Source of the DNA: Eledone cirrhosa | Lineage: Eukaryota | NCBI GenBank assembly: GCA_964016885.1 | Contig: OZ024765.1 | Coordinates: 13,578,001 to 13,642,000 of the forward strand | Direction of reading: 5' to 3' | Length of the DNA stretch: 64,000 nt | Shown: positions 43,401-58,044 of the stretch, piece after piece | Position numbering within the stretch: the stretch's first letter is position 1 | Layout: every line of letters starts with the position of its first letter | The notes under the pieces: generated by a model | The model's database searches: none | What the model was told of the DNA's origin: nothing | What the model saw: only the letters and a program-made list of their open reading frames with translations | Program-made: the position numbers and the translations under genes

Positions 43401-46400
43401 TAATGACAATAATAATGGTTTCTTATAAAAGCACAAGTCCAGCAATTTTGGGGAGAGGGAAATTCAACTAAACCACCCCCAGTGCGTGACTGGTACTTTA
43501 TTTTATCGACCCAATAAGGATGAAAGGCAAATGTTAATCTCGGTGGGATTTAAACCAAGAGAGAGCGTGAAGGGCCGTAACTCTATGCTGGAAAGCATGG
43601 TAGTAGTAGTAATAATAATAATCACAAACCTGTAGGTGTGTAACTTGGAGTCGTGAAAGCAGATACTGAAATAATGAAACAGATAACTTGAAATATAGAT
43701 CATCATCATCATCCTCATCACCGCCACCACAATCTCCACCACCATCATCACCACCACCACCCCACCATCACAATCACCACCACCATCATCATAATCACCA
43801 CCATCACAATCACCACCACCACTACCACCACCACCACCACCACCACCACCATCACCACCGCCATCACAATCATCATAATCACCACCATCAGCACCACCAC
43901 CATCACCACCACCACAACTACTGCCATAATTACCACCAACACCACCGCAACAACCACCACCACCATCACAACCAGCTCCACCACCAGCATCACAATCACC
44001 ACCACCTCCACCATCACAATCATCACCACCACTACCATCACCTCACCACCATCACAATCTCCACCACCACCATCACCACTACCATCACAATCACCATCAA
44101 CATTACCACCGCCATCACAATTTCCACTTCCATCACCATTGCAATCCCCTCTTTCTGTTCAAACCAGTTGTAACTGGTCGCTGATACTGATGTTAAGGTA
44201 TTGTTCTCAAAATAAATAATATCAAAATCTCATAGATTCAATGTTATGTGAGATATTATGTGAGGTAAAGCCTTTACTGTGAAAATACAATAGTATATAT
44301 AGAGTAATGTAACTGTTATGTGAGATATTATGTGGGGTAAAACCTTTACTGTGAAAATACAATAGTATATATAGAGTAATGTAACTGTTATGTGAGATAT
44401 TATGTGAGGTAAAGTCTTTACTGTGAAAATATAATAGTATATATAGAGTAATGTAAATGTTATGTGAGATATTATGTGAGGTAAAGCCTTTACTGTGAAA
44501 ATACAATAGTATATATAGAGTAATGTAAATATTATGTGAGATATTATGTGAGGTAAAGCCTTTACTGTGAAAATATAATAGTATATATAAAGTAATGTAA
44601 ATGTTATGTGAGATATTATGTGAGGTAAAGCCTTTACTCTGAAAATACAATAGTATATATAGAGTAATGTAAATATTATGTGAGATATTATGTGAGGTAA
44701 AGCCTTTACTGTGAAAATATAATAGTATATATAAAGTAATGTAAATGTTATGTGAGATATTATGTGAGGTAAAGCCTTTACTCTGAAAATACAATAGTAT
44801 ATATAGAGTAATGTAAATGTTATGTGAGATATTATGTAAGGTAAAGCCTTTACTGTGAAAATACAATAGTATATATAAAGTAATGTAAATGTTATGTGAG
44901 ATATTATGTGAGGTAAAGCCTTTACTCTGAAAATACAATAGTATATACAGAGTAATGTAAATGTTATGTGAGATATTATGTGGGGTAAAACCTTTACTGT
45001 GAAAATACAATAGTATATATAAAGTAAAGTAAATGTTATGTGAGATATTATGTGAGGTAAAGCCTTTACTGTGAAAATACAATAGTATATATAGAGTAAT
45101 GTAAATGTTATGTGAGATAGTATGTAAGGTAAAGCCTTTACTGTGAAAATATGATTTGAAATCAGAACGTTATGGGCTGTAACTCTATGCTGCAAAGCAT
45201 GGTAGTAATGACAATAATAATGGTTTCTTATAAAAGCACAAGTCCAGCAATTTTGGGGAGAGGGAAATTCAACTAAACCACCCCCAGTGCGTGACTGGTA
45301 CTTTATTTTATCGACCCAACAAGGATGAAAGGCAAAGTTAATCTTGGTGGGATTTAAACCCAGAGAGAGCGTAAAGGGCCGTAACTCTATGCTGGAAAGC
45401 ATGGTAGTAGTAATAATAATATTCACAAACCTGTAGGTGTGTAACTTGGAGTCGTGATAGATACTGAAATATAGAAACAGATAACTTGAAATATAGATCA
45501 TCATCATCATCACCACAATCTCCACCACCACCATTACCACCACCACCACCATCACACCACAAACATCACCACAGTCACCACCAACACCACCACCACCCTC
45601 ACAATCACCCCCACCATCACCACCACGACCACTACCACCATCACCACCGCCACCACCACCACTGCCATCAACCAACATTACCACCAACACCACAACTATC
45701 ACCACCACCACCACCACCATCACAATCACCACCACCACCATCATAATCACCACCATCACAATCACCACCACCACCACCACCACCATCATAATCACCACCA
45801 TCACAATCACCACAATCACCACCACCACAGCCACTGCCATCACTACCACCACCACAACCACCATCACCACCACCAACACCACCGCAACAACCACCACCAC
45901 CATCACAATTACCACCACCATCATCATAATCACCACCATCACAATAACCACCACCACAACTATCACCACCACCTCCAGCATCACAATCTCCACCACCACC
46001 ATCACCACCATTACCACCACCACTACCATCACAATTACCATCAACATTACCACCGCCATCACAATCTCCACATCCATCACCATTGCAATCCCCTCTTTCT
46101 GTTCAAACTGGCCGTAACTGGTCGCTGATACTGATGTTATGTCCAGCAATTTTGGGGAGAGGGAAATTCAACTAATTCACCCCCAGTGCGTGACTGGTAC
46201 TTTATTTTATCGACCCAACAAGGATGAAAGGCAAATGTTAATCTCGGTGGGATTTAAACCCAGAGAGAGCGTAAAGGGCCGTAACTCTATGCTGGAAAGC
46301 ATGGTAGTAGTAATAATAATAATAATCACAAACCTGTAGGTGTGTAACTTGGAGTCGTGATAGATACTGAAATATAGAAACAGATAACTTGAAATATAGA

Positions 46401-49400
46401 TCATCATCATCATCACCATCACCACCACCACAATCTCCACCACCATCATCACCACCACCACCATCACCACCACAAACATCACCACTGCCATCAACCAACA
46501 CCACCACAAACAACACCAACACCCACCATCACAATCACCACCACCACTACCACCACCACCTCCACCACCACCATCACCACCGCCATCACCACTACCACAA
46601 TCACCACCACCACAACTACTGCCATCAGTACCACCAACACCGCCGCAACAACCACCACCACCATCACAACCACCACCACCACCACCACCACCAGCATCAC
46701 AATCACCACCACCTCCACCATCACAATCATCACCACCACTACCATCACCATCACCACTATCACAATCTCCACCACCACCATTACCACCACTACTAACATC
46801 ACAATCACCATCAACATTACCACCGCCATCACAATCTCCACTTCCATCACCATTGCAATCCCCTCTTTCTGTTCAAACCAGTTGTAACTGGTCGCTGATA
46901 CTGATGTTAAGGTATTGTTCTCAAAATAAATAATATCAAAATCTCATAGATTCAATATTATGTGAGATAATTATGTGAGATAAAGTCTTTACTGTGAAAA
47001 TACAATAGTATATATAGAGTAATGTAACTGTTATGTGAGATATTATGTGAGGTAAAGCCTTTACTGTGAAAATACAATAGTATATATAGAGTAATGTAAA
47101 TGTTATGTGATATATTATGTGGGGTAAAACCTTTACTGTGAAAATACAATAGTATATATAGAGTAATGTAAATGTTATGTGAGATATTCTGTGAGGTAAA
47201 GCCTTTACTGTGAAAATACAATAGTATATATAGAGTAATGTAAATGTTATGTGATATATTATGTGGGGTAAAACCTTTACTGTGAAAATACAATAGTATA
47301 TATAGAGTAATGTAAATGTTATGTGATATATTATGTGGGGTAAAACCTTTACTGTGAAAATACAATAGTATATATAGAGTAATGTAAATGTTATGTGAGA
47401 TAGTATGTGAGGTAAAGCCTTTACTGTGAAAATATAATGATTTGAAATCAGAACGTTATGGGCTGTAACTCTATGCTGCAAAACATGGTAGTAATGACAA
47501 TAATAATGGTTTCTTATAAAAGCACAAGTCCAGCAATTTTGGGGAGAGGGAAATTCAACTAAACCACCCCCAGTGCGTGACTGGTACTTTATTTTATCGA
47601 CCCAATAAGGATGAAAGGCAAATGTTAATCTCGGTGGGATTTAAACCAAGAGAGAGCGTGAAGGGCCGTAACTCTATGCTGGAAAGCATGGTAGTAGTAG
47701 TAATTATAATAATCACAAACCTGTAGGTGTGTAACTTGGAGTCGTGAAAGCAGATACTGAAATAATGAAACAGATAACTTGAAATATAGATCATCATCAT
47801 CATCCTCATCACCGCCACCACAATCTCCACCACCATCATCACCACCACCATCATCACCACCACCAGCATCACCACCACCACCACAAACATCACCACAATC
47901 ACCACCACCACCAACACCACCACCACCACCCCACCATCACAATCACCACCACCATCATCATAATCACCACCATCACAATCACCACCACCACTACCACCAC
48001 CACCACCACCACCACCACCACCACCATCACCACCGCCACCACCATCATCATAATCACCACCATCAGCACCACCACCATCACCACCACCACAACTACTGCC
48101 ATAATTACCACCAACACCACCGCAACAACCACCACCACCATCACAACCACCTCCACCACCAGCATCACAATCACCACCACCTCCACCATCACAATCATCA
48201 CCACCACTACCATCACATCACCACCATCACAATCTCCACCACCACCATCACCACTACCATCACAATCACCATCAACATTACCACCGCCATCACAATTTCC
48301 ACTTCCATCACCATTTCTGTTCAAACCAGTTGTAACTGGTCGCTGATACTGATGTTAAGGTATTGTTCTCAAAATAAATAATATCAAAATCTCATAGATT
48401 CAATGTTATGTGAGATATTATGTGAGGTAAAGCCTTTACTGTGAAAATACAATAGTATATATAGAGTAATGTAACTGTTATGTGAGATATTATGTGGGGT
48501 AAAACCTTTACTGTGAAAATACAATAGTATATATAGAGTAATGTAACTGTTATGTGAGATATTATGTGAGGTAAAGTCTTTACTGTGAAAATATAATAGT
48601 ATATATAGAGTAATGTAAATGTTATGTGAGATATTATGTGAGGTAAAGCCTTTACTGTGAAAATACAATAGTATATATAGAGTAATGTAAATATTATGTG
48701 AGATATTATGTGAGGTAAAGCCTTTACTGTGAAAATATAATAGTATATATAAAGTAATGTAAATGTTATGTGAGATATTATGTGAAGTAAAGCCTTTACT
48801 CTGAAAATACAATAGTATATATAGAGTAATGTAAATGTTATGTGAGATATTATGTAAGGTAAAGCCTTTACTGTGAAAATACAATAGTATATATAAAGTA
48901 ATGTAAATGTTATGTGAGATATTATGTGAGGTAAAGCCTTTACTCTGAAAATACAATAGTATATACAGAGTAATGTAAATGTTATGTGAGATATTATGTG
49001 GGGTAAAACCTTTACTGTGAAAATACAATAGTATATATAAAGTAATGTAAATGTTATGTGAGATATTATGTGAGGTAAAGCCTTTACTCTGAAAATACAA
49101 TAGTATATACAGAGTAATGTAAATGTTATGTGAGATATTATGTGGGGTAAAACCTTTACTGTGAAAATACAATAGTATATATAAAGTAAAGTAAATGTTA
49201 TGTGAGATATTATGTGAGGTAAAGCCTTTACTGTGAAAATACAATAGTATATATAGAGTAATGTAAATGTTATGTGAGATAGTATGTAAGGTAAAGCCTT
49301 TACTGTGAAAATATAATGATTTGAAATCAGAACGTTATGGGCTGTAACTCTATGCTGCAAAGCATGGTAGTAATGACAATAATAATGGTTTCTTATAAAA

Positions 49401-52400
49401 GCACAAGTCCAGCAATTTTGGGGAGAGGGAAATTCAACTAAACCACCCCCAGTGCGTGACTGGTACTTTATTTTATCGACCCAACAAGGATGAAAGGCAA
49501 AGTTAATCTTGGTGGGATTTAAACCCAGAGAGAGCGTAATGGGCCGTAACTCTATGCTGGAAAGCATGGTAGTAGTAATAATAATAATCACAAACCTGTA
49601 GGTGTGTAACTTGGAGTCGTGATAGATACTGAAATATAGAAACAGATAACTTGAAATATAGATCATCATCATCATCACCACAATCTCCACCACCACCATT
49701 ACCACCACCACCACCACCATCACACCACAAACATCACCACAGTCACCACCAACACCACCACCACCCTCACAATCACCCCCACCATCACCACCACGACCAC
49801 TACCACCATCACCACCGCCACCACCACCACTGCCATCAACCAACACTACCACCAACACCACAACTATCACCACCACCACCACCACCATCACAATCACCAC
49901 CACCACCATCATAATCACCACCATCACAATCACCACCACCACCACCACCACCATCATAATCACCACCATCACAATCACCACCATCACCACCACCACAGCC
50001 ACTGCCATCACTACCACCACCACAACCACCACCATCATCACCACCACCAACACCACCGCAACAACCACCACCACCATCACAATTACCACCACCATCATCA
50101 TAATCACCACCATCACAATAACCACCACCACAACTATCACCACCACCTCCAGCATCACAATCTCCACCACCACCATCACCACCATTACCAACACCACTAC
50201 CATCACAATTACCACCGCCATCACAATCTCCACATCCATCACCATTGCAATCCCCTCTTTCTGTTCAAACTGGCCGTAACTGGTCGCTGATACTGATGTT
50301 ATGTCCAGCAATTTTGGGGAGAGGGAAATTCAACTAATTCACCCCCAGTGCGTGACTGGTACTTTATTTTATCGACCCAACAAGGATGAAAGGCAAATGT
50401 TAATCTCGGTGGGATTTAAACCCAGAGAGAGCGTAAAGGGCCGTAACTCTATGCTGGAAAGCATGGTAGTAGTAATAATAATAATCACAAACCTGTAGGT
50501 GTGTAACTTGGAGTCGTGATAGATACTGAAATATAGAAACAGATAACTTGAAATATAGATCATCATCATCATCACCATCACCACCACCACAATCTCCACC
50601 ACCATCATCACCACCACCACCATCACCACCACAAACATCACCACTGCCATCAACCAACACCACCACAAACAACACCAACACCCACCATCACAATCACCAC
50701 CACCACTACCACCACCACCTCCACCACCACCATCACCACCGCCATCACCACTACCACAATCACCACCACCACAACTACTGCCATCACTACCACTAACACC
50801 GCCGCAACAACCACCACCACCACCATCACAACCACCACCACCACCACCACCACCAGCATCACAATCACAACCACCTCCACCATCACAATCATCACCACCA
50901 CTACCATCACCACCATCACAATCTCCACCACCACCATTACCACCACTACTAACATCACAATCACCATCAACATTACCACCGCCATCACAATCTCCACTTC
51001 CATCACCATTGCAATCCCCTCTTTCTGTTCAAACCAGTTGTAACTGGTCGCTCATACTGATGTTAAGGTATTGTTCTCAAAATAAATAATATCAAAATCT
51101 CATAGATTCAATATTATGTGAGATAATTATGTGAGGAAAAGTCTTTACTGTGAAAATACAATAGTATATATAGAGTAATGTAACTGTTATGTGAGATATT
51201 ATGTGAGGTAAAGCTTTTACTGTGAAAATACAATAGTATATATAGAGTAATGTAAATGTTATGTGAGATATTATGTGAGGTAAAGCCTTTACTGTGAAAA
51301 TACAATAGTATATAAAGAGTAATGTAAATGTTATGTGAGATATTATGTGAGGTAAAGCCTTTACTGTGAAAATACAATAGTATATATAGAGTAATGTAAA
51401 TGTTATGTGAGATATTATGTGAGGTAAAGCCTTTACTGTGAAAATACAATAGTATATAAAGAGTAATGTAAATGTTATGTGAGATATTATGTGAGGTAAA
51501 GCCTTTACTCTGAAAATACAATAGTATATATAGAGTAATGTAAATGTTATGTGAGATATTATGTGAGGTAAAGCCTTTACTGTGAAAATATAATGATTTG
51601 AAATCAGAACATAATGGGCTGTAACTCTATGCTGGAAAGCATGGTAGTAGTAATAATAATAATAATCACAAACCTGTAGTGGTGTAAATTGGAGTCGTGA
51701 TAGTAGATACTGAAATATAGAAACAAATAACTTGAAATATAGATCATCATCATCACCACCACCACAATCTCTATCTCCACCACCATCACCACTTTCTGTT
51801 CACACCAGTTGTAACTGGCCGCTCATACTGATGTTAAGGTTCTCAAAATAAATAATATCAAAATCTCATAGTTTCAATATTATGTGAGATAGTTATGTGA
51901 GGTAAAACCTTTACTGTGAAAATACAATAGTATATATAGAGTAATGTAACTGTTATGTGAGATATTATGTGAGGTAAAGCCTTTACTGTGAAAATACAAT
52001 AGTATATATAGAGTAATGTAAATGTTATGTGAGATAATTATGTGAGGTAAAACCTTTACTGTGAAAATACAATAGTATATATAGAGTAATGTAACTGTTA
52101 TGTGAGATATTATGTGAGGTAAAGCCTTTACTGTGAAAATACAATAGTATATATAGAGTAATGTAACTGTTATGTGAGATATTATGTGAGGTAAAGCCTT
52201 TACTGTGAAAATACAATAGTATATATAGAGTAATGTAAATGTTATGTGAGATATTAAGTGAGGTAAAGTCTTTAGTCTGAAAATACAATAGTATATATAG
52301 AGTAATGTAAATTTTATGTGTGATATTATGTGAGGCAAAGTCTTTACCATGAAAATACAACAGTATATGTAGAGTAATTTAAATGCTAAAGGGTTAAATA

Positions 52401-55400
52401 AAGATATTTTCACAGTAAATACATCTGTTAGATTTCAAAGATATCAAACTAGAACTTACCGCAATTCTTTTCATCGTTTCCATCGTCACAATCAATATAC
52501 CCATCACAAACTCTAGTTATATTAATACATATTCCAGGGCTACACTCAAACTCTGTCGTGTTACATTTCTGGCATTCATAGCGTTCACAGTTAAATACGC
52601 CCCTAGTACATGTGCTGAAAAATAATATAAACCAGGTAATACCTAAATAATAATAATGTAGAAAGATTATACTTACTAAGAACACAAGGAGGAAGGGGTC
52701 TTATGCAACTAGAAAACTCTTATAAAGAAACTACTGTAGGAATACAAAAATACCTATAACACCTATGGAAATGCTTCAAAATCAAGAAGAAGAAGAAGAA
52801 GAAGAAGAAGAAGAAGGCAAAGAAGAAGAAGAAGAAGAAGAAGAAGAAGAAGGCAAAGAAGAAGAAGAAGAAGAAGGAGAAGGAGAAGAAGAAGAAGAAG
52901 AAGAAGAAGAAGAAGAAAAAGAAGAAGAAGGCAAAGAAGAAGAAGAAGAAAGCAATGAAGAAGAAGAAGGCAATGAAGAAGAAGAAGAAGGAGAAGGAGA
53001 AGAAGAAGAAGAAGGAGAAGAAGAAGAAGAAGAAGAAGAAGGAGAAGAAGAAGAAGAAGAAGGCAAAGAAGAAGAAGAAGGCAAAGAAGAAGAAGAAGAA
53101 GAAGGCAAAGAAGAAGAAGAAGAAGGCAAAGAAGAAGAAGAAGAAGAAGAAGAAGAAGAAGAAGAAGACGAAAAAGGAGAAGGAGAAGGAGAAGAAGGAG
53201 AAGAAGAAGAAGAAGAAGAAGAAGAAGAAGAAGAAGAAGAAGGCAAAGGCAAAGAAGAAGAAGAAGAAGAAGAAGAAGAAGAAGAAGAAGAAGGCAAAGA
53301 AGAAGAAGGAGAAGGAGAAGAAGGAGAAGGAGAAGAAGAAGAAGGAGAAGAAGAAGAAGAAGAAGAAGGCAAAGAAGAAGAAGGAGAAGAAGAAGAAGAA
53401 GAAGAAGAAGAAGAAGAAGAAGAAGGCAAAGAAGAAGGCAAAGAAGAAGAAGAAGAAGAAGATGAAGAAGAAGAAGGCAAAGAAGAAGAAGAAGAAGACG
53501 AAGAAGAAGAAGGCAAAGGAGAAGAAGAAGAAGGAGAAGAAGAAGGCAAAGAAGAAGGAGAAGGAGAAGAAGAAGAAGAAGAAGAAGAAGAAGAAGAAGA
53601 AGAAGAAGGCAAAGAAGAAGGCAAAAAAGAAAAAAGAAGAAGAAGGCAAAGAAGAAGAAGGAGAAGAAGAAGGCAAAGAAGAAGAAGAAGCAGAAGAAGA
53701 AGAAGAAGGAGAAGAAGGCAAAGAAGAAGAAGAAGAAGACGAAGAAGAAGGCAAAGGAGAAGAAGAAGAAGGAGAAGAAGAAGGCAAAGAAGAAGGAGAA
53801 GGAGAAGAAGAAGAAGAAGAAGAAGAAGAAGAAGAAGAAGAAGAAGAAGAAGGCAAAGAAGAAGAAGGCAAAAAAGAAAAAGAAGAAGAAGGCAAAGAAG
53901 AAGAAGGAGAAGAAGAAGGCAAAGAAGAAGAAGAAGCAGAAGAAGAAGAAGGAGAAGAAGAAGAAGAAGACAAAGGAGAAGAAGAAGAAGAAAAAGAAGA
54001 AGGCAAAGAAGAAGAAGAAGGAGGAGAAGAAGAAGAAGAAGAAGAAGAAGAAGAAGAAGAAGAAGAAGAAGAAGAAGGCAAAGAAGAAGAAGGCAAAGAA
54101 GAAGAAGGCAAAGAAGAAGGAGAAGAAGAAGAAGAAGAAGAAGAAGAAGAAGAAGAAGAAGAAGAAGAAGAAGGAGGCAAAGAAGAAGAAGAAGAAGATG
54201 TAATACGTTACCATCGGGTACAATCTTGTTTCAAAACTATTGCCTCAGCGGGATAACTCTTGCCATTAACATAACAAGGACATTTGGTTACTGCTACACA
54301 TCTGTTCTCTACATCAAAATAAATACTTTATATTAAAATATCTTTTGGAATTATTTTAAAAGTATTTTCAGAATGCTATTCTCAAAGATACTTTATATTA
54401 GAATATTTTTCAACACACTGGTGTGTATGTGTATTTGAGTATATGTGTGTGTTTGTGTATGTGTATATGTACATATGCATTTATTTATATAACTAACAAA
54501 TAGTTCATCGCTCTACATGGCTGAATACAATAAATGTAATCTGAGTTTTTCGAATATTAATAATAATTGTTTCTACTTTTGGCACAAGGCCAGCAATTAT
54601 CCCAGTGCATTACTGGTACTTTATTTTATCGACCCCCGTAAGGATGAAAGGCAAATTTAACCTCGACGGAATTTGAACTCAGATCATAAAGGGAAGTAAC
54701 TCTATGCTTCAAAGCATGGCGTTCGACCCTCTACCGATATTACCAATCCACCTTCGTTTGTAATTTGATGAAACATCTTTAGAATGCTATTCTCAAAGAT
54801 ACTTTATATTAGAATATTTTTCAATATGCTGATGTGTATGTGTATATGAGTATATGTATATGAGTATAAGATCGAGATCGTGTAGATGTCACGGCAAAAA
54901 AACAAAAAAACACACAGTCCACGCTGTAATGTGGTTGTGTAGGTAACACGGTAAAAACCTCCCAGTCCCACACTGTAAATGTGGTTGGTGTTAGGAAGGG
55001 CATCCAGCTGTAAAAAACCTGCCAGATAGTCCTATACGAGCGAGACATGGTCACCCTAACAATCTTGCCTCAAGTGGGACAACTCCCGTCTAACCCATGC
55101 TAGCGTGGAAGATAGACGTTAATCGATGATGATGCTGATGATGATGATGTGTGTGTTTGTGTATGTGTGTATGTGCATATGCATACATTTATATAACTAA
55201 CAAATAGTTTATCGCTCTACATGGCTGAATACAATAAATGTAATCTGAGTTTTTCGAATATTAATAGTAATTGTTTCTACTTTTGGCACAAGGCCAGCAA
55301 TTACCCAGTACATTACTGGTACTTTATTTTATCGACCCCGTAAGGATGAAAGGCAAAGTTAACCTCGGCAGGATTTGAACACAGATTGGCAAGGGCCGTA

Positions 55401-58007
55401 ACTCTATGCGTCAAAGCATGGTGTCCGACCCTCTACCGATACTGCCAATCCACTGCATTTTGTTTGTAATTTGATGAAGGGTAATCACCTAGAAACATTA
55501 GTGTCTGCAGTTCTGCTTATATGCCAACACAAGAGCAAGAATGACGGGGTAATTCAACTGACATGGCTTTAAAAATGAGGTTTGTTTGTGTAATTGCAAA
55601 CGATTCAAATATTATTATTAGTATTCCAAAATCTCAGATTACATACATTTATATGTTATGAGTATATAAATATAAACATGCAACAGATATACTCACAGAT
55701 ATATATTCACACAAACACACACATGGATATACACATCACTGATAGCTGTAGTTTTTCAACACCCCCTTTCCTTCCTTTTACACACACATACATTCACGCA
55801 GGCAGCAGATGTAAAGAGAGAGGAGTAGTATGAGGTAGTCAAACTACTCCTCCCTCTTTATGTGTTGTGACAGAAACGCAGAAATTTATATATAAATGTG
55901 TTTGAGGACTGCCTCCACGACCCCCACAGGATTAAGTGGGTGAAGAAGAAGAAGAAGAAGAAGAAGGAGGAGGAGGAGGAGGAGGAGGAGGAGGAAGAGG
56001 AGGCAAAGAAGAAGAAGTGAATGTAATTGACTTACTATCTAGAACAGCTCCAGGGGGACAAAAACATCCCTCAACACAATAAGAAGTAGAATTTTCAAAG
56101 GGTTTAAAAGTGTGAGCCTTGTCACAAGTTTCTGGATTAGCAGGCCCACATTCAAGATACATCATTTCCCTGCTACACTGGATGGCTGAACAAGAAGAAG
56201 AAAAGGTAGTCATACATTGATTTATTTTTATATCATACGTCATAGTCTGTAAAAAGTGTTTTCTGATTTAGGCACAAGGCCAGCAATTTTTTGTGGGCAG
56301 GAGAAAGTTCGGAATTAAGAGATCACAGCTCTGATACTATGGACATCTGGTTAGAATGTCTCAGGAAAGAATCACTAGAGATATTTGTAGCTCGAAGATC
56401 GGAGTCACTCCAGGTAGAGCTGCTACTTCTCCCAATTGAGAGATCACAGCTCTGATACTATGGACATGTGGTTAGAATGTCTCAGGAAAGAATCACTAGA
56501 GATATCACTGGAGTGACTCGAAGATCAGAGTCACTCCAGGTAAAGCTGCTACTTCTCCCAATTGAGAGATCACAGCTCTGATACTATGGACATGTGGTTA
56601 GAATGTCTCAGGAAAGAATCACTGGAGATATTTGTAGCTCGAAGATTGGAGTCACTCCAAGTAGAGCTGCTACTTCACTGAATTGAGAGATCACAGCTCT
56701 GATACTATGGACATGTGGTTAGAATGTCTCAGGAAAGAATCACTGGAGATATTTGTAGCTCAGAGATCAGAGAGTCACTCCAGGTAGAGCTGCTACTTCT
56801 CCCAATTGAGAGATCACAGCTCTGATACTATGGACATGTGGTTAGAATGTCTCAGGAAAGAATCACTGGAGATATTTGTAGCTCAGAGATCAGAGAGTCA
56901 CTCCAGGTAGAGCTGCTACTTCTCCCAATTGAGAGATCACAGCTCTGATACTATGGACATGTGGTTAGAATGTCTCAGGAAAGAATCACTGGAGATATTT
57001 GTAGCTCAGAGATCAGAGAGTCACTCCAGGTAGAGCTGCTACTTCACTGAATTGAGAGATCATAGCTCTGATACTATGAACATGTGGTTAGAATGTCTCA
57101 GGAAAGAATCACTGGAGATATTTGTAGCTCAGAGATCAGAGAGTCACTCCAGGTAGAGCCGCTATTTCTCTAAATTGAGAGATCACAGCTCTGATACTAT
57201 GGGCATGTGGATATATAAAACTCTAAAAAACTGAAGATTCAGATATTGTAATAAAATATCAAAGAAAGAACCAGTTATATAACTTACGACAAAGATCCTG
57301 TCTTCTCCAACGAACAGGGAACCCATTGGCAGCACACTTTGAATGGAAATTAGCAATGGCTGTGCACACACACTCACAATCCCCTCCAAGGTCACACCTA
57401 GTGATTAAAAATCAAACAACAAACATCTGTAAAAACAACAAAAACCCCTCCACAGCAACATCACTTTATTTCAGGGCTTTCTGAACCGGTAGGTATCAAA
57501 CAACTCTGTCAATGTACTCCATCTCATCCCTTGTTCAGATATGTTACTTCATTTACTCCGAATATATGAAAGGCAACTGGCTCCAGTAGGTCTCGTCAGA
57601 AGAGGTTGAAGGTTGGGGGTTTGAGGACTCTGCACCCCCACCCCCCTCTCAGGAAGGATGAGAAGAAGAAGAATGAGGAGGTGGAGGCGATGGTGGTGGG
57701 TAGGGGGAAGGAAAGGAGGAGGAAGTGGTGGGGGAGATGAAGAAAAAGAAGATGAAGAAGAAGGAAGAGGCAAAGAAGAAGGCGAAGAAGAAGGCAAAGA
57801 AGAAGAGGACAATATTAGAGGAAGAATCGACCCCAGCACTGAACTGGTACTTTTTTTATTTTTATCTACCTTGAAAGGATGAAAGACAAAGTTGACTCTG
57901 GTGGGATTTGAACTCAGAGACCGCAACGAGGTGTGTCAAATACTGTAAAGCATTCTATCCGACGTCTTAACGATTCTGCCAATTCGCTACATATGAGTTA
58001 TCTCCCT

Positions 58008-58044
<37 letters not shown>

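Larger units (their letters stand above)
31860..52400. repeat. Composite tandem array: [CAC/CAT tract - linker - 72-bp minisatellite block - SINE fragment - micro-exon]n with roughly 4.1-kb three-exon higher-order duplication
   Basis: Landmarks 43630/47721, 45431/49596 and 46334/50493 are offset by 4091-4165 bp. The 72-bp unit tactgtgaaaatacaatagtatatatagagtaatgtaaatgttatgtgagatattatgtgaggtaaagcctt occurs in blocks at about 33.3, 34.4, 35.5, 37.1, 42.9, 44.2, 46.9, 48.4, 51.1 and 51.9 kb. Confidence 0.93.

Noticed and set aside
33259-52413. Long Val/Met-rich, His-rich and [14 protein letters not shown] ORFs (up to 639 aa)
   Set aside because: These are translations of CAC/CAT tracts and the 72-bp satellite, open in several frames on both strands, with no splice-consistent link to the gene.
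52720-54336. Poly-Glu/Lys/Ser/Phe ORFs of 280-523 aa
   Set aside because: Stop-free frames of a GAA microsatellite. The flanking exons join in frame without it.
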